Positions 29,175-41,921 of a stretch of DNA of 64,000 bases are shown here, in pieces. The DNA is taken from assembly GCA_964593055.1 (NCBI GenBank), contig CAZQIG010000001.1:13527-77526 (forward strand), given 5' to 3'. A program made the translations under genes and the position numbers. The DNA is from an uncultured Erysipelotrichia bacterium (GTDB lineage: Bacteria; Bacillota_I; Bacilli_A; JBKEDG01). The notes under the pieces are model-generated. The model saw only the letters and a program-made list of their open reading frames with translations, made no database searches and had not been told where the DNA came from. Each line of letters opens with the position of its first letter. The first letter of the stretch is position 1.

Positions 29175-29205
29175 AAAAAAGAGGCTAAAAAGCCTCCCTT
29201 ATTCT
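29175..29205 (-). terminator. Intrinsic terminator after the Mur ligase gene
   Basis: The hairpin GAGGCU-UUUU-AGCCUC is followed by a U-run on the minus strand. Confidence 0.5.
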
Positions 29206-29289
29206 TGAAATATATATACTCCCCTTAATCTACATAATAAATTTATCATAATTTCTCAGCTTATTCAACAAAAAAATAAAATAAAAATA

Positions 29290-30717
29290 TTATTTTTTGT
29301 TAAGTTTTTTTAAGATAGTGCGTGCAACTTCTTCCTCGCTATATTTTTCACTATATCCATCAAATTCCATCACTTCTTCAGCACCTTTACCTAATAATGC
29401 AACTACATCTCCAGAAACAGCTTTTTTAAATGCTCTTTCAATAGCTTGCTTTCGATCTAAAACGATTTCATAATTATCACTCTTAACGCCATCTAAAATA
29501 TCAGCAATAATACTATTAGGATCTTCTGTACGTGGATCTTCATTTGTAAAAATAACATAATCAGACAACCTCGTAACTACTTCACCAATTAATGGTCTTT
29601 TTAACACATCACGTTCTCCTGCACTACCAACAACAGTTATTATTTTTTTCCCAAGACTATTTTGTGCTTTTCTTAAATAACCTAGTATCAACTCCATTGC
29701 ATATGAAGTATGAGCAAAATCTAAAAACACTTCAAAATCTTGTCCTTCATCTATAAAAATAGAACGACCATCAATATTTTTAACATCTCCTACATACTTT
29801 ATAATTGTTTCTAAATCATAACCTTTTTGATGTACAATAGCAATGGCTAAACAAGTATTATAAACACTAAAATCACCGATTAAAGGTGTAAAAACTTCAA
29901 ACGTTTTTCCTTGATAAGTTAAATTATATGTAAGACCTTTAATACTAGCATAAATATTGCTAATACGATAATCTGCATCACTATGTTTACCATATGTCAA
30001 ACATTTTGAGCTACATCTTGCTCGACACTTAAAGTAAGCATCATCATCAATATTTAAAATTGCTATCCCATCTTCTTTAACTAAATCTAGTAAATGCATC
30101 TTAGCATCCCTATAATTATCAAGTGTTTTATGAAAATCAAGATGCTCATGTTTAATATTAGTAAATCCGACAAGATCATACTTAATATCTTCTACCCTTT
30201 TTAAAGATAACCCATGTGAAGTTGCCTCCATAACAAGCGTTTGAACATCTGCTTTGCGCATTTTAGCTATTTCAGAAAATAACAATGGCGGAAAAGGTGT
30301 TGTACACCCCATTTCTAACTTGTAATCGCCATAAATAACTCCATTAGTACCAATATAACCAGTTTTTTCAAAAACATCTAAAATACCTTTAATAATTAAT
30401 GATGTTGATGTTTTACCATCTGTACCTGTCAAAGCAATACAATTCATACCTTTAGTAGGATAATCAAAAAACTCTACTGCTACCATTGAAAGTGTTCTTT
30501 CTACATCATCAACTACAATTACAGGAACTTCCAAATTCAAATCGTGTTTAGCAACAACTGCAACTGCTCCGCGTGAAACTGCTTCTTCAGCATAATCATG
30601 ACCATTTACTTTCAATCCACTCAAACAGAAGAAAAGGCTTCCTTCTCTTACTTCACGAGAATCATATTCTAAGCTCGTAACTTCAATATCTATTCCAAAA
30701 AGTTTGCTTAAATTCAT
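29290..30717 (-). CDS. murE: Mur ligase, UDP-MurNAc-tripeptide synthetase MurE-like
   Basis: It has the Mur ligase P-loop GTDGKTST plus middle and C-terminal domains. Confidence 0.75.
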   Translation of the reverse strand: MNLSKLFGIDIEVTSLEYDSREVREGSLFFCLSGLKVNGHDYAEEAVSRGAVAVVAKHDLNLEVPVIVVDDVERTLSMVAVEFFDYPTKGMNCIALTGTDGKTSTSLIIKGILDVFEKTGYIGTNGVIYGDYKLEMGCTTPFPPLLFSEIAKMRKADVQTLVMEATSHGLSLKRVEDIKYDLVGFTNIKHEHLDFHKTLDNYRDAKMHLLDLVKEDGIAILNIDDDAYFKCRARCSSKCLTYGKHSDADYRISNIYASIKGLTYNLTYQGKTFEVFTPLIGDFSVYNTCLAIAIVHQKGYDLETIIKYVGDVKNIDGRSIFIDEGQDFEVFLDFAHTSYAMELILGYLRKAQNSLGKKIITVVGSAGERDVLKRPLIGEVVTRLSDYVIFTNEDPRTEDPNSIIADILDGVKSDNYEIVLDRKQAIERAFKKAVSGDVVALLGKGAEEVMEFDGYSEKYSEEEVARTILKKLNKK

Positions 30718-30720
30718 AAC

Positions 30721-32565
30721 TTACCTCCTTTTAAGCTCTATCATTAAAGTACTAATATCATTATAATTAACTCCACTAATCCTTGAAGCTTGACCTAAAG
30801 TACGCGGTTTAATTAACATTAGTTTTTCACGTGCTTCCAAACTCAAGTTTTTAATTGCTTGATAATTTAAATTTTCTGGTAACAAATACTTTTCTAAATC
30901 ACGATACTTTTTTACTTCGCGAACTGTTTTTTCAATATATCCAGCATATTTAACTTCAATTTCTACTTGTTTTAAGACATCTAAAGGATAATTCAAATCA
31001 TATAAATAGATTAAATCCTCAATAAATATATTAGGACGCTTTAGTAATAATTCAGCAGTTAGTAACTTATCAATTTCAATCTTTTTATCCTTTAAGTAAA
31101 GTAAATTACGTTTTGATCTTTCTAAACGCCAGTTTGAAAATTTTTTTATTAATTCCTGTGTTAAAGCTTTACGTTCTTGATACTTTAAGTATCGCTCTTC
31201 TGATAATAAGCCTAACTCGTATCCATATTGTGATAAACGAAAGTCAGCATTATCATTACGAAGTAATAAACGATATTCAGCGCGTGAGGTCAATAGACGA
31301 TACGGTTCTTGCGTTCCTTTAGTAACTAAATCATCAATCAATACCCCGATATATGCTTCATCTCTTCCTAGAATAAAAGGTGCTTTCCCGTCAAGTTTTA
31401 AACAAGCATTAAGTCCTGCCATTAAACCTTGGCATGCAGCTTCCTCATAACCACTTGTCCCATTAATTTGTCCTGCACAAAATAAATTACTAATCTTTTT
31501 TAACTCTAAATTAGCCTTTAACTCTGTTGGTACAACAGCATCATATTCAATAGCATACGCATATTTATTAATAACTGCCTTCTCAAGCCCAATAATTGAA
31601 TGGACCATCATCTCTTGGACATCTTTTGGCATACTAGATGAAAATCCTTGAATATAAATATCATTACTTGATAAAGTTTCTGGTTCAAGAAATATTTGAT
31701 GACGCAATTTATCATTAAAACGCACAATTTTATCTTCAATAGAAGGACAATATCGCGGTCCATTAGAAGCAATATTTTCAATTGCACCATACATCGAAGA
31801 TTTATGCAAATTATTTTCAATAATTTCTTGTGTCGCTTTTGTAGTATATGTCAAATAACAAGGTTTTTGTTCAGTAATATCATAATAATACTTATTATCA
31901 TAACTAAAAGAATAATACTCTAAATCACCATTTTGTTCTTCTACTTTAGTAAAATCTATACTATCTTTTTCAATCCGCGGTGGTGTCCCTGTTTTCAATC
32001 TAAATAAAGCAATTTCATATTCGCGAAAAACATTGCTAAGATTTGAAGAAGAAAACCCATCTGGACCACTACGCCTTCTTTCATTTCCGATTAAAATATC
32101 ACTTTTCATATACGTACCAGTCGTTACAATAACTGCTTTTGCATAAATTCTTTCATCACCAATTAAAATTCCTTTAATTTGTTCGTCATCGATAATTAAA
32201 CTAGTAACTGTTGCTTCTTTTAAAAAAAGATTGTTGGTATTTTCAAGTAGTTGCAACATTTTTTTAGGATACGCAATTCGGTCAATCTGTGCACGATAAG
32301 CCCATACTGCTGGTCCTTTTTTATAGTTTAATTTCTTCATTTGAATCAATGTTTGATCAGCGATTTTTCCCATCACACCACCTAAAGCATCAATTTCTCG
32401 AACAACTATTCCTTTTGCTGGACCACCAATTGATGGATTACATGGCATATGACCAACATTACTTTTATTTGAAGTAACTAGCAAAGTTTTTTTTGCTAAC
32501 TTTGCACTACAAACAGCAGCTTCAATTCCAGCATGCCCACCACCAATAACAATTATGTCATACAT
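30721..32565 (-). CDS. mnmG: tRNA uridine 5-carboxymethylaminomethyl modification enzyme MnmG (GidA)
   Basis: A 614-aa protein with an N-terminal FAD fold ([12 protein letters not shown]). Confidence 0.92.
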   Translation of the reverse strand: MYDIIVIGGGHAGIEAAVCSAKLAKKTLLVTSNKSNVGHMPCNPSIGGPAKGIVVREIDALGGVMGKIADQTLIQMKKLNYKKGPAVWAYRAQIDRIAYPKKMLQLLENTNNLFLKEATVTSLIIDDEQIKGILIGDERIYAKAVIVTTGTYMKSDILIGNERRRSGPDGFSSSNLSNVFREYEIALFRLKTGTPPRIEKDSIDFTKVEEQNGDLEYYSFSYDNKYYYDITEQKPCYLTYTTKATQEIIENNLHKSSMYGAIENIASNGPRYCPSIEDKIVRFNDKLRHQIFLEPETLSSNDIYIQGFSSSMPKDVQEMMVHSIIGLEKAVINKYAYAIEYDAVVPTELKANLELKKISNLFCAGQINGTSGYEEAACQGLMAGLNACLKLDGKAPFILGRDEAYIGVLIDDLVTKGTQEPYRLLTSRAEYRLLLRNDNADFRLSQYGYELGLLSEERYLKYQERKALTQELIKKFSNWRLERSKRNLLYLKDKKIEIDKLLTAELLLKRPNIFIEDLIYLYDLNYPLDVLKQVEIEVKYAGYIEKTVREVKKYRDLEKYLLPENLNYQAIKNLSLEAREKLMLIKPRTLGQASRISGVNYNDISTLMIELKRR

Positions 32566-32572
32566 TTTATCA

Positions 32573-33925
32573 CTACTTTCCTAAACAAAATTCTGAGAAT
32601 AATCGATCAATGACACCTTCATCTAAACTATCTCCTAAAATTTCTCCAAACAATTGCCATAATTGGTGTAAATCAATAACTAGTAAATCTACACCATAGT
32701 TATCATGAATTGCTTTTAGCAAATCATCTATTATGACTTGCGCACGATTTAAAATTTCTATATGGCGTACTCTGGTGACAACTGTTTGATCTTGAAATTC
32801 TATTTGTGATAGCGCTAATACTTCACTAATCTTTTGATAAAAGCCTTCTAAATTAACATCTTCTGTAATTGAAAGCTCTACATAGTGATGATCTTTAAAA
32901 TCATACTCCCACTGTTTTTTTAAATCAATTTTATTGATTACTACTATGTGATTGCGCCTTTTTATATATTCTAATATCTCAAGTTCATCGTGAGTTAAAT
33001 TTTCACTATTATCTATCACTAAAATAATTAAATCGCTATTTTCGATATGATACTTTGTTTTTTTTATACCAAGTTGTTCAATCTCATCAAGTGCTTCTCT
33101 AATACCTGCCGTATCAAAAATTTTAAAGTGCACTCCCTTGATATTCAAGTTTGATTCAATAACATCTCTTGTCGTTCCTGCAATATTAGAAACAATAGCT
33201 TTTTCTTCACCGAGTAAATAATTTAGTAAACTACTTTTACCAACATTAGGTTTACCAACTAAAACCATCTTTACACCTTCTGTTAGTAAAATTCCATCTC
33301 TACTACTAGCTAGAAGTTGTGCTATTTTTTGCGAAAATTCTTCAATTTGCGGTTTAACTAACTCATTAGTTAAAAATATTACGTCATCGTATTCAGGATA
33401 ATCAATATTAACTTCTAAATTTGCAATTAAAGTTAATACTTCTTCACGAATTTTTTTTATTTCATAATGTAAGCCTTTATGTAATCCATTAATTGCCAAT
33501 TTAGCCGCCTGATTATTTTTAGCACTAATTAAATCACTAATTGCCTCTGCTTGACTAAGATCTATTCTACCATTTAAAAAAGCGCGTTTCGTATATTCAC
33601 CTGGCTTTGCTAAACGACATCCATTCTTTAAAGCAATTTCTAAAATTCTATTTGTTACAGCATAACCTCCATGTGAATTAATTTCGACAACATCTTCTAA
33701 AGTATAAGTTCTAGGAGCTCTCATCAACATCACTAAAACTTCATCGATAATTTCACCTTCATCTTCAACATAGCCATAGTTAATTGTATGTGTCGCCTTA
33801 TTTTCCAAATTAAACGACAAAAAACGATTTGCAATTGCAATCGCATCTTGACCGCTCAACCTAATTATTGAAATAGCTCCTTCACCTACTGCTGTTGAAA
33901 TAGAAACAATTGTCTCATTAATCAT
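32573..33925 (-). CDS. mnmE: tRNA modification GTPase MnmE (TrmE)
   Basis: It has the G domain ([12 protein letters not shown]) and the C-terminal CxGK (CLGK). Confidence 0.92.
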   Translation of the reverse strand: MINETIVSISTAVGEGAISIIRLSGQDAIAIANRFLSFNLENKATHTINYGYVEDEGEIIDEVLVMLMRAPRTYTLEDVVEINSHGGYAVTNRILEIALKNGCRLAKPGEYTKRAFLNGRIDLSQAEAISDLISAKNNQAAKLAINGLHKGLHYEIKKIREEVLTLIANLEVNIDYPEYDDVIFLTNELVKPQIEEFSQKIAQLLASSRDGILLTEGVKMVLVGKPNVGKSSLLNYLLGEEKAIVSNIAGTTRDVIESNLNIKGVHFKIFDTAGIREALDEIEQLGIKKTKYHIENSDLIILVIDNSENLTHDELEILEYIKRRNHIVVINKIDLKKQWEYDFKDHHYVELSITEDVNLEGFYQKISEVLALSQIEFQDQTVVTRVRHIEILNRAQVIIDDLLKAIHDNYGVDLLVIDLHQLWQLFGEILGDSLDEGVIDRLFSEFCLGK

Positions 33926-33977
33926 TTTATCACCTACTTAATTATAACATATTTTTATGTTTTTTTAATTAACGAAT

Positions 33978-34002
33978 AACAAAAAAAAGGCTTAACGCCT
34001 TT
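33978..34002 (-). terminator. Intrinsic terminator after tuf
   Basis: The hairpin AAGGCGUUAAGCCUU is followed by a U-run on the minus strand. Confidence 0.5.
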
Positions 34003-35187
34003 TTATTTAACAATTTCTGATACAACACCAGCACCAACTGTTCTACCACCTTCACGGATTGAGAACTTAGTACCTTGCTCAACAGCGATTGGAGCAATTA
34101 ACTCTACAATCATCTCAGTGTTTTCACCAGGACGTACCATATCAGTACCTTCCATTAAGTTAACAACACCTGTAACATCTGTTGTACGGAAATAGAATTG
34201 TGGTCTGTAGTTTGATACGAATGGAGTTTTACGTCCACCTTCTTCATGACTTAATACATATACTTCTGCTTTAAATTCAGTATGTGGAGTAACTGTTTTA
34301 GGTTTAGCTAAAACTTGTCCACGTCTAATTTCTTCACGTTTAACACCACGTAATAATGCACCAATATTATCTCCAGCTTCAGCTGAATCTAATAACTTAT
34401 GGAACATCTCAATACCAGTAATTACTGTTGAAGTAGTATCAGCAAGACCTACGATTTCTACTTCATCATTTAATTTTAAAGTTCCGCGTTCAACTTTACC
34501 AGTTGCAACAGTACCACGTCCAGGAATAGTTAAAACTCCCTCAATTGGCATTAAGAATGGTTTTTCAGTATCACGTTCTGGAGTTGGAACATAACTATCT
34601 ACGCTTTCCATTAATTCGATGATTTTTTCTTCCCACTTAGCATCACCTTCAAGAGCTTTTAAAGCTGATCCCATAATTACAGGACAATCATCACCTGGGA
34701 AATTGTATTCATTTAATAATTCACGAACTTCCATTTCAACTAATTCTAATAACTCTTCATCATCAACCATATCGCATTTATTTAAGAAAACTACGATATT
34801 TTCAATTCCTACTTGATTTGATAATAAAATGTGCTCACGAGTTTGTGGCATTGGACCATCTGCAGCAGACACTACTAAGATTGCTCCATCCATTTGTGCA
34901 GCACCTGTAATCATGTTTTTAACATAATCGGCATGTCCTGGACAGTCAACGTGTGCGTAATGACGATTTTCTGTTTCATACTCAACGTGAGCCGTATTAA
35001 TAGTAATTCCTCTTTCTCTTTCTTCAGGAGCCCCATCAATTTGGTCATAAGCTTGTGCTTCAGCATTTCCTGATTTCGCTAATACTGTTGTAATAGCAGC
35101 TGTTAACGTAGTTTTACCATGGTCAACGTGACCAATAGTTCCAATATTAACATGTGGTTTTGAACGATCAAATTTTTCTTTAGCCAT
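34003..35187 (-). CDS. tuf: Elongation factor Tu
   Basis: The start is [27 protein letters not shown] (the longest ORF starts at 35223). Confidence 0.95.
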   Translation of the reverse strand: MAKEKFDRSKPHVNIGTIGHVDHGKTTLTAAITTVLAKSGNAEAQAYDQIDGAPEERERGITINTAHVEYETENRHYAHVDCPGHADYVKNMITGAAQMDGAILVVSAADGPMPQTREHILLSNQVGIENIVVFLNKCDMVDDEELLELVEMEVRELLNEYNFPGDDCPVIMGSALKALEGDAKWEEKIIELMESVDSYVPTPERDTEKPFLMPIEGVLTIPGRGTVATGKVERGTLKLNDEVEIVGLADTTSTVITGIEMFHKLLDSAEAGDNIGALLRGVKREEIRRGQVLAKPKTVTPHTEFKAEVYVLSHEEGGRKTPFVSNYRPQFYFRTTDVTGVVNLMEGTDMVRPGENTEMIVELIAPIAVEQGTKFSIREGGRTVGAGVVSEIVK

Positions 35188-35266
35188 TTTATTTTCCTCC
35201 TTGAATATATAGACTACATACATTCATATTTTATATTATTTTTTCTTTTTTTTCAAGTGTTACTAA

Positions 35267-37336
35267 TTATCTAGCGTTTTTGGCAACAATTTCTTCAGAA
35301 ATAGATTTTGGTACTTCTTCATAGTGTGAGAATGTCATTGTTGAAACACCACGACCTTGTGTATTAGTACGCAGAGCAGTTTCATATCCAAACATTTCTG
35401 ACAATGGAACTAATGCTTTTAACACAAGTGCATTACCACGTGATTCTTGTCCTTCTGGACGACCACGTCTTGAAGTAATATCACCCATTACAGTTCCTAA
35501 ATACTCCTCTGGAGTAGTTACTTCTACTGACATTACTGGCTCTAATAAAACTGGTTTACATTTTTCTTTTGCCGCTCTTAAAGCGTATGAAGCTGCAACC
35601 TCAAATGCAATTTGACTCGAATCTACATCATGGTATGAACCATCGAACAATTCTGCTTTAACATCAATCATTGGATAACCCGCAAGTAATCCACCTTCTA
35701 AAGCATTTGCCAAACCTTTATCAACTGAAGGAATATATTCACGCGGAACAACCCCTCCAACAATCTTACTTTCAAATTCATAACCTTTTCCTTGATTAGG
35801 AATGAATCTTATCCAAACATGTCCAAACTGACCACGTCCACCTGATTGTCTTACAAACTTACCTTCAACTTCTGCTTCTTGTGTTAATGTTTCACGATAA
35901 GCAACTTGTGGTGCACCAATATTAGCTTCTACTTTAAATTCACGACGCATACGATCTACAAGAATATCTAAGTGTAACTCACCCATACCCGCAATAATCG
36001 TTTGCCCAGTTTCCTCATTATTGTAAGCTCTAAATGAAGGATCTTCTTCCGCTAATTTTTGTAAAGCAACTGCCATTTTATCTTGATCACCTTTTGATTT
36101 AGGTTCAACAGCAACTGAAATAACTGGCTCAGGAAATACCATTGATTCAAGAATAACAGGATTTTTCTCATCACATAAAGTATCACCTGTTGTAGTATCT
36201 TTCAAACCTACTGCTGCTGCAATCTCACCCGCATTAACTGAAGAAATCTCTTCACGATCATTAGCATGCATACGCAAAATACGACCAATACGCTCTTTTT
36301 TACCTTTTGTAGAGTTTAAAACGTAAGAACCAGAGTTTAAAACCCCTGAATAGACTCTAAAGAACGTTAAACGTCCAACATAAGGATCTGTCATAACTTT
36401 AAAAGCTAATGAAGCAAATGGTGCATCATCGTTTGTTTCACGAACTACTTCTTCACCTGATAAAAGTGTTCCTTTAACTTCAGCAACATCTTCAGGAGAA
36501 GGTAAGTAATCAACTACTGCATCAAGCATTAATTTTACACCTTTATTTTTAAAAGCAGTTCCACAAATTACTGGGAAAAACTCTACTGATAAAGTAGCCG
36601 TTCTAATAGCCGCTTTTAATTCAGGAATAGAAATTTCTTCACCATCTAAATATTTTATCATTAAATCTTCATCAAAATCTGCTACTGCTTCAATTAATTC
36701 CAGACGCTTTTCTTCACAAAGATCTTTTAAATCATCTGGAATAGGAATTTCTTCAGCATCTTCTATCATTTCACCATCATATTGATAAGCTTTCATTTCA
36801 ACTAAATCAATAATCCCTTTAAATGAATCTTCAGCTCCTATTGGCCACTGAATTGGATAAGCATTTGCTCCTAAACGATCTTTCAAAGTTTTCACTGAAA
36901 ATTCAAAATTTGCTCCTGTTTTATCCATTTTATTGGCAAATACAATTCTTGGAACTAAATAATCAGTTGCTTGTCTCCAAACAGTTTCTGTTTGTGGTTC
37001 AACTCCTGCTTGCGCATCTAAAACTGCTACTGCACCATCTAATACACGAAGTGAACGTGATACTTCAATTGTAAAGTCTACGTGACCTGGAGTATCAATT
37101 ATATTAATAGCATAATCTTTCCACACAGCATAAGTAGCTGCTGAAGTAATTGTAATACCTCTTTCTTGCTCTTGCTCCATCCAATCCATTTGTGAAGCTC
37201 CATCATGAGTTTCACCAATTTTATGAATACGACCTGTATGAAATAAAATACGCTCTGTTGTTGTTGTTTTACCAGCATCAATATGGGCCATGATACCAAT
37301 ATTTCTCGTTTTATCTAACGAAACACTACGAGCCAT
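35267..37336 (-). CDS. fusA: Elongation factor G
   Basis: It carries the signature [14 protein letters not shown] and is 689 aa long. Confidence 0.95.
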   Translation of the reverse strand: MARSVSLDKTRNIGIMAHIDAGKTTTTERILFHTGRIHKIGETHDGASQMDWMEQEQERGITITSAATYAVWKDYAINIIDTPGHVDFTIEVSRSLRVLDGAVAVLDAQAGVEPQTETVWRQATDYLVPRIVFANKMDKTGANFEFSVKTLKDRLGANAYPIQWPIGAEDSFKGIIDLVEMKAYQYDGEMIEDAEEIPIPDDLKDLCEEKRLELIEAVADFDEDLMIKYLDGEEISIPELKAAIRTATLSVEFFPVICGTAFKNKGVKLMLDAVVDYLPSPEDVAEVKGTLLSGEEVVRETNDDAPFASLAFKVMTDPYVGRLTFFRVYSGVLNSGSYVLNSTKGKKERIGRILRMHANDREEISSVNAGEIAAAVGLKDTTTGDTLCDEKNPVILESMVFPEPVISVAVEPKSKGDQDKMAVALQKLAEEDPSFRAYNNEETGQTIIAGMGELHLDILVDRMRREFKVEANIGAPQVAYRETLTQEAEVEGKFVRQSGGRGQFGHVWIRFIPNQGKGYEFESKIVGGVVPREYIPSVDKGLANALEGGLLAGYPMIDVKAELFDGSYHDVDSSQIAFEVAASYALRAAKEKCKPVLLEPVMSVEVTTPEEYLGTVMGDITSRRGRPEGQESRGNALVLKALVPLSEMFGYETALRTNTQGRGVSTMTFSHYEEVPKSISEEIVAKNAR

Positions 37337-37351
37337 AAATTTCCTCCTCTC

Positions 37352-37831
37352 TTACCATCTATAATGTGCAAATGCTTTATTAGCTTCCGCCATTCTATAA
37401 ACATCTTCACGTTTTTTTACTGCTCCACCTGTATTTTGTGAAGCATCGATAATTTCTCCTGCTAAGCGATCAATCATCGTACGATCATTGTTACCTTTAC
37501 GTAATCTAGTATATCTAACAAGCCATCTCAATCCTAAAGCTTGTTTACGTACTTCACTTACCTCAACAGGTACTTGGTAATTTGCACCACCAATACGACG
37601 TGCTTTTACCTCTAAAACAGGCATAATATTTTCCATCGCTTCTTCAAAAACCTCCATAGCAGGACGATTTGTTGTTTCAGCAACTTTTTCTAATGCACCG
37701 TATACTATTTTTTGAGCTGTACCTCTTTTACCATCCAACATTACTGCATTAGTTAATTTAGTAATTACTACAGAATTATAAATTGGATCTGGTAATACTT
37801 CTCTTTTAGGGATACTTCCTTTTCTTGGCAT
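37352..37831 (-). CDS. rpsG: 30S ribosomal protein S7
   Basis: It starts [18 protein letters not shown]. Confidence 0.95.
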   Translation of the reverse strand: MPRKGSIPKREVLPDPIYNSVVITKLTNAVMLDGKRGTAQKIVYGALEKVAETTNRPAMEVFEEAMENIMPVLEVKARRIGGANYQVPVEVSEVRKQALGLRWLVRYTRLRKGNNDRTMIDRLAGEIIDASQNTGGAVKKREDVYRMAEANKAFAHYRW

Positions 37832-37851
37832 ACTATCTTCCTCCTTTCAAA

Positions 37852-38262
37852 CTATTTTGGTTTTTTAGTACCATACTTAGAACGACCTTGTTTACGTCCT
37901 TCAACACCCGCTGTATCAAGTGTACCACGTACTACGTGGTAGCGAACCCCGATCAAGTCTTTAACACGACCTCCACGAATTAAAACAACACTATGCTCTT
38001 GTAAGTTATGACCTTCACCTGGAATATAAGCTGCAACTTCCATCCCATTAGACAATCTTACACGTGCAAAACGTCTTAAAGCCGAGTTAGGTTTTTTTGG
38101 TGTTAAAGTACCTACTTTAGTACAAACTCCTCTTTTCTGTGGAGAAAATTGCTTAGTACGTTTTTTATTCAAACTATTATAACCAACTCCTAATACCGGA
38201 GATTTTGATTTTTTAGTTTTTGATTGACGTGGTTTTTTAACTAGTTGATTAATTGTTGGCAT
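37852..38262 (-). CDS. rpsL: 30S ribosomal protein S12
   Basis: It starts [14 protein letters not shown] with RBS GGAGGAAG (the longest ORF starts at 38283). Confidence 0.95.
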   Translation of the reverse strand: MPTINQLVKKPRQSKTKKSKSPVLGVGYNSLNKKRTKQFSPQKRGVCTKVGTLTPKKPNSALRRFARVRLSNGMEVAAYIPGEGHNLQEHSVVLIRGGRVKDLIGVRYHVVRGTLDTAGVEGRKQGRSKYGTKKPK

Positions 38263-38381
38263 TTTCTTCCTCCTTCCATACACACTTCCTTGTGTGTCAT
38301 ATTATATAGCTAAATAATCATTAACCTTGTTAATTATAACTTAAATAAAGAAAGAAGTCAATAAAAAAAAGACAATATCAC

Positions 38382-39044
38382 TTATTGTCCTTTCTCATAC
38401 TGAACATTCGTATTAACACCAGGAACTGTTAAAATTAAATCTTCTAAATCTTTAAGATTCCCATTATCATCTTCAACAAATTCCAATGCTCCTTTGTCAT
38501 TTCTCATCATACGAACTTTATAAGTTTCTTTAACACTTTCAACCTTAGTAATCTCTTCATTGTATTTTGCTAATAACTCAGCAGTCGATTGTTGAATCTC
38601 TTCTTGCGTTGAATCTTCACTTCCTAAAACTTCTACTACTTCTGTTAAACCATATTCTTCAGCATTTTCCATAATTACAATAAATAAATCAATAATAGGA
38701 AACATTTCTATAGTATACACTACATCAACATATTCATCATCTTCTTCAACTGCAATTTCTTCCTCAACTTTAATTGAAGTTTTATCATACAATCCAATTG
38801 CTGTATTATATTGTGCTTCACTAAAACCATACCCCGAAATGATATCATCTTTAATTTTACTTACATCTTGATCAATACCCAAATCTTTTAACTCACTGTT
38901 ATCACCTTGTAACCCTTCTAAATATGCATCCATAGAAGTTTGTGCACTCTTATCATTAAAAGAAATTACTCCTGAAGTAATTAAAACTACAATAACTGTA
39001 ATTACTACTACTAATGATACTACAATAGCTAAATTTTTTTTCAT
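38382..39044 (-). CDS. Hypothetical membrane-anchored acidic protein
   Basis: A 220-aa protein with an N-terminal TM anchor and a Glu/Asp-rich C-terminus. The RBS is AGGAGTGAGG. Its own terminator hairpin GACAAUA...UAUUGUC at 38363..38392 overlaps the stop codon. Confidence 0.5.
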   Translation of the reverse strand: MKKNLAIVVSLVVVITVIVVLITSGVISFNDKSAQTSMDAYLEGLQGDNSELKDLGIDQDVSKIKDDIISGYGFSEAQYNTAIGLYDKTSIKVEEEIAVEEDDEYVDVVYTIEMFPIIDLFIVIMENAEEYGLTEVVEVLGSEDSTQEEIQQSTAELLAKYNEEITKVESVKETYKVRMMRNDKGALEFVEDDNGNLKDLEDLILTVPGVNTNVQYEKGQ

Positions 39045-39205
39045 ATCCTCACTCCTAACTAATAGAATTATAGCACAATATTGTTTAAGAATGTATCGTA
39101 ATGTGAATGATTTAATAAAAATACGCTATTTCTATACAAATCTTAACTACTCTTGCTCACAACAAAATAATTTTTCAGCATTTAGTATCTTCTTGTTAAA
39201 TTATC

Positions 39206-40018
39206 TCACTTAAAATCATCATCATAGAACTCATATAACTTTCCACAATAATTGCACCTTACACTCAAAAACCCATCTTCAGCAATGATTTTTTCTATCT
39301 CTGACTTAGAAATAGTCAAAATATCACTTTTCATTTGTTCATTACTACATCTACACTTATAAAAAATAGGATGTTCATCTAATAATTCAAATTCTTCTGA
39401 AAAAGTTTCTAAAATCTCTTGTTCTTGTTCTAATGCAAGCATTTTACTAAACTCTTGCAACGATGATAATGATGTTTCTAAATGCTTTACTGTTTCTTCA
39501 CGATGATTTGGTAATAATTGTACAAATAATGCTCCGCTACTTAAAACTAAATTATTATCACCTATTAATGAGCCAAAAACAATCGCACTTTTAATTTGTT
39601 CACTTTGTAAATAATAATTAGCAATAATTTTACCAATGTTATACTCATCATACTGAATTTGACTATGAAAAATCTGTTTATTATCTAAATAACGATAAAC
39701 TTCAAACAATCCCGTTTCTAGCAAAAAGTTTTTTTCACTATCATACTCAATAGTAGCAGTTACATTAACTTTTTCAAAACTTTGACTGCTTATTTGTGCA
39801 ATATTACCATCATTATGCAAAACGAGTAATAGTTCTTCACTACTATTTTTTAAATTACCGTTCATTACATAATTAGCATTTAAAACATCTATGATGTATT
39901 TACTATCGTATTTATTAACACTATGCGTGTTTAAAAGCTCTTGGGCAGCATTCTTAGAATTAACTAACGTAATTAAATATTCTTTATTGCTACTCAAATA
40001 TTTTTTAATTGTATCCAT
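39206..40018 (-). CDS. hslO: Redox-regulated chaperone Hsp33
   Basis: It has the C-terminal zinc centre CRCS...CNYCG. The start was set at MDTIKKY with a strong RBS AAGGAGG (the longest ORF starts at 40063). Confidence 0.85.
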   Translation of the reverse strand: MDTIKKYLSSNKEYLITLVNSKNAAQELLNTHSVNKYDSKYIIDVLNANYVMNGNLKNSSEELLLVLHNDGNIAQISSQSFEKVNVTATIEYDSEKNFLLETGLFEVYRYLDNKQIFHSQIQYDEYNIGKIIANYYLQSEQIKSAIVFGSLIGDNNLVLSSGALFVQLLPNHREETVKHLETSLSSLQEFSKMLALEQEQEILETFSEEFELLDEHPIFYKCRCSNEQMKSDILTISKSEIEKIIAEDGFLSVRCNYCGKLYEFYDDDFK

Positions 40019-40046
40019 TACTTCCTCCTTAAAAAAAGAAAAAGAA

Positions 40047-41921
40047 TTATTCTTTTTCTTCATCTACTTCATTTTCTTGATTAGATGGTAATCGACCATT
40101 TTTAAACAAAGAAATAATCTCTTCTTTATTCAAAGTCTCTTTTTCTAAAAGATTTTCTGCTATTAATTTTAATAATTCCAAATTATCTTTTAAAACACTT
40201 GTTGTACTTTCATAAGCCGTATTAATAATCTTTCTAACTTCTTGATCAATTTCATTAGCAACACGATCAGAAAAATTCTTATTATTCATATAATCTCGAC
40301 CAAGAAAAACATTTCCCGTACGCTGTTCCCATTGAATAGGACCAAGATCACTCATTCCATATTCTGTAACCATCGCACGAGCAATTTTTGTTGCTTGCTC
40401 AAAATCGTTGTGCGCTCCTGTGGAAATTTCTTCAAAAATTAATTCTTCAGCTATACGACCAGCTAATAATCCATTAATTCTTTCCAACAACTCGGACTTA
40501 GTTTGAAAATACTTTTCTTCCTTAGGAAGCATCATAGCATATCCTCCTGCCATCCCCCTTGGAATAATAGTTACTTTATGAACTTCACTAGCATTTTCAA
40601 AAATTAATCCTGCAACAACATGCCCTGCTTCATGATGTGCTACTAAACGACGTTCTTGCTCTGTATACTTTCTACTCTTCTTAGCAGGCCCCATTAAAAC
40701 GCGATCAATAGCTTCATCAATGATATGCATTGGAATAGTAGTAAAATTTTCTCTAACAGCAAGTAAAGCAGCTTCATTTAAAACATTTTCTAAATCTGCA
40801 CCACTAAACCCTGGCGTTCTTTCAGCAACTGCTTGAAAACTAACATCAGTATCAAACTTTTTATTACTAGCATGTAATTCTAAAATTTCTCGTCTACCAT
40901 TAACAGTCGGTAAATTAACAATAACTTGTCGATCAAAACGACCAGGCCTCAAAATCGCCGGATCTAAGACATCTGCTCTATTCGTAGCTGCTAAGATAAT
41001 AATTCCTTCATTAGAATCAAATCCATCCATCTCAACTAAAATTTGATTTAGTGTTTGCTCACGTTCATCATTACCTCCACCTAATCCAGCACCTCTTTGT
41101 CGTCCTACTGCATCAATTTCATCAATGAAAATTAAACACGGTGCTGCAGCTTTAGCTTTTTTAAACATATCTCTTACACGACTAGCTCCAACTCCGACAA
41201 ACATCTCTAAAAAATCTGATCCAGAAATATAGAAGAAAGGCACACCTGCTTCACCAGAAACAGCTTTTGCAAGTAAAGTTTTTCCTGTTCCTGGAGGACC
41301 TACTAAAAGGACTCCTTTAGGAATTCTTGCTCCCATAGTTTGGAATTTACGAGGCTCTTTTAAAAAATCTACTACTTCAGTTAACTCGCGTTTTTCCTCT
41401 TCTAAACCAGCTACATCCTTATATTTAGTATTACTTCCTTTTGAAAGTCGGGCCTTACTCTTTCCAACTTCTAAAGCTCCTCCTCCACTCGCTTGACGAC
41501 GTATAAAAATAATAACAACAACCATTAGTAAAATTGGAATCAGTAAAACACCAATTAAATCTAAAATAATGTTTTCTTGTTCGGGTACATATGTAATACC
41601 ATAATCATTTTCTAATTGATACTTATATATTAAAGATTCTGCTTCATTAGAATAAGGTAGCACCGTTGTAAAAGTATTTTCACTATCATTATAATTTCCA
41701 CTAACTAAAAGACTAGTACCTTGAATACTAAGTTCAACTTTTAAATCCTTAACTTTATCTTCTTCAAGTTTCTCCACAAATTCAGTATATGTCAATTCAT
41801 CATTCGTATCTTCATATTGATAAAAATTATAAATAATCAATCCAGCAATGATTACCATAATTATCATTAATAAATTAACTTTAGGTTTTTTTACACTCGG
41901 TTTTTTAACAGTTTTAGCCAT
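40047..41921 (-). CDS. ftsH: ATP-dependent zinc metalloprotease FtsH
   Basis: It has AAA motifs (GPPGTGKT), SRH, and the HEAGH zinc site. Confidence 0.95.
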   Translation of the reverse strand: MAKTVKKPSVKKPKVNLLMIIMVIIAGLIIYNFYQYEDTNDELTYTEFVEKLEEDKVKDLKVELSIQGTSLLVSGNYNDSENTFTTVLPYSNEAESLIYKYQLENDYGITYVPEQENIILDLIGVLLIPILLMVVVIIFIRRQASGGGALEVGKSKARLSKGSNTKYKDVAGLEEEKRELTEVVDFLKEPRKFQTMGARIPKGVLLVGPPGTGKTLLAKAVSGEAGVPFFYISGSDFLEMFVGVGASRVRDMFKKAKAAAPCLIFIDEIDAVGRQRGAGLGGGNDEREQTLNQILVEMDGFDSNEGIIILAATNRADVLDPAILRPGRFDRQVIVNLPTVNGRREILELHASNKKFDTDVSFQAVAERTPGFSGADLENVLNEAALLAVRENFTTIPMHIIDEAIDRVLMGPAKKSRKYTEQERRLVAHHEAGHVVAGLIFENASEVHKVTIIPRGMAGGYAMMLPKEEKYFQTKSELLERINGLLAGRIAEELIFEEISTGAHNDFEQATKIARAMVTEYGMSDLGPIQWEQRTGNVFLGRDYMNNKNFSDRVANEIDQEVRKIINTAYESTTSVLKDNLELLKLIAENLLEKETLNKEEIISLFKNGRLPSNQENEVDEEKE

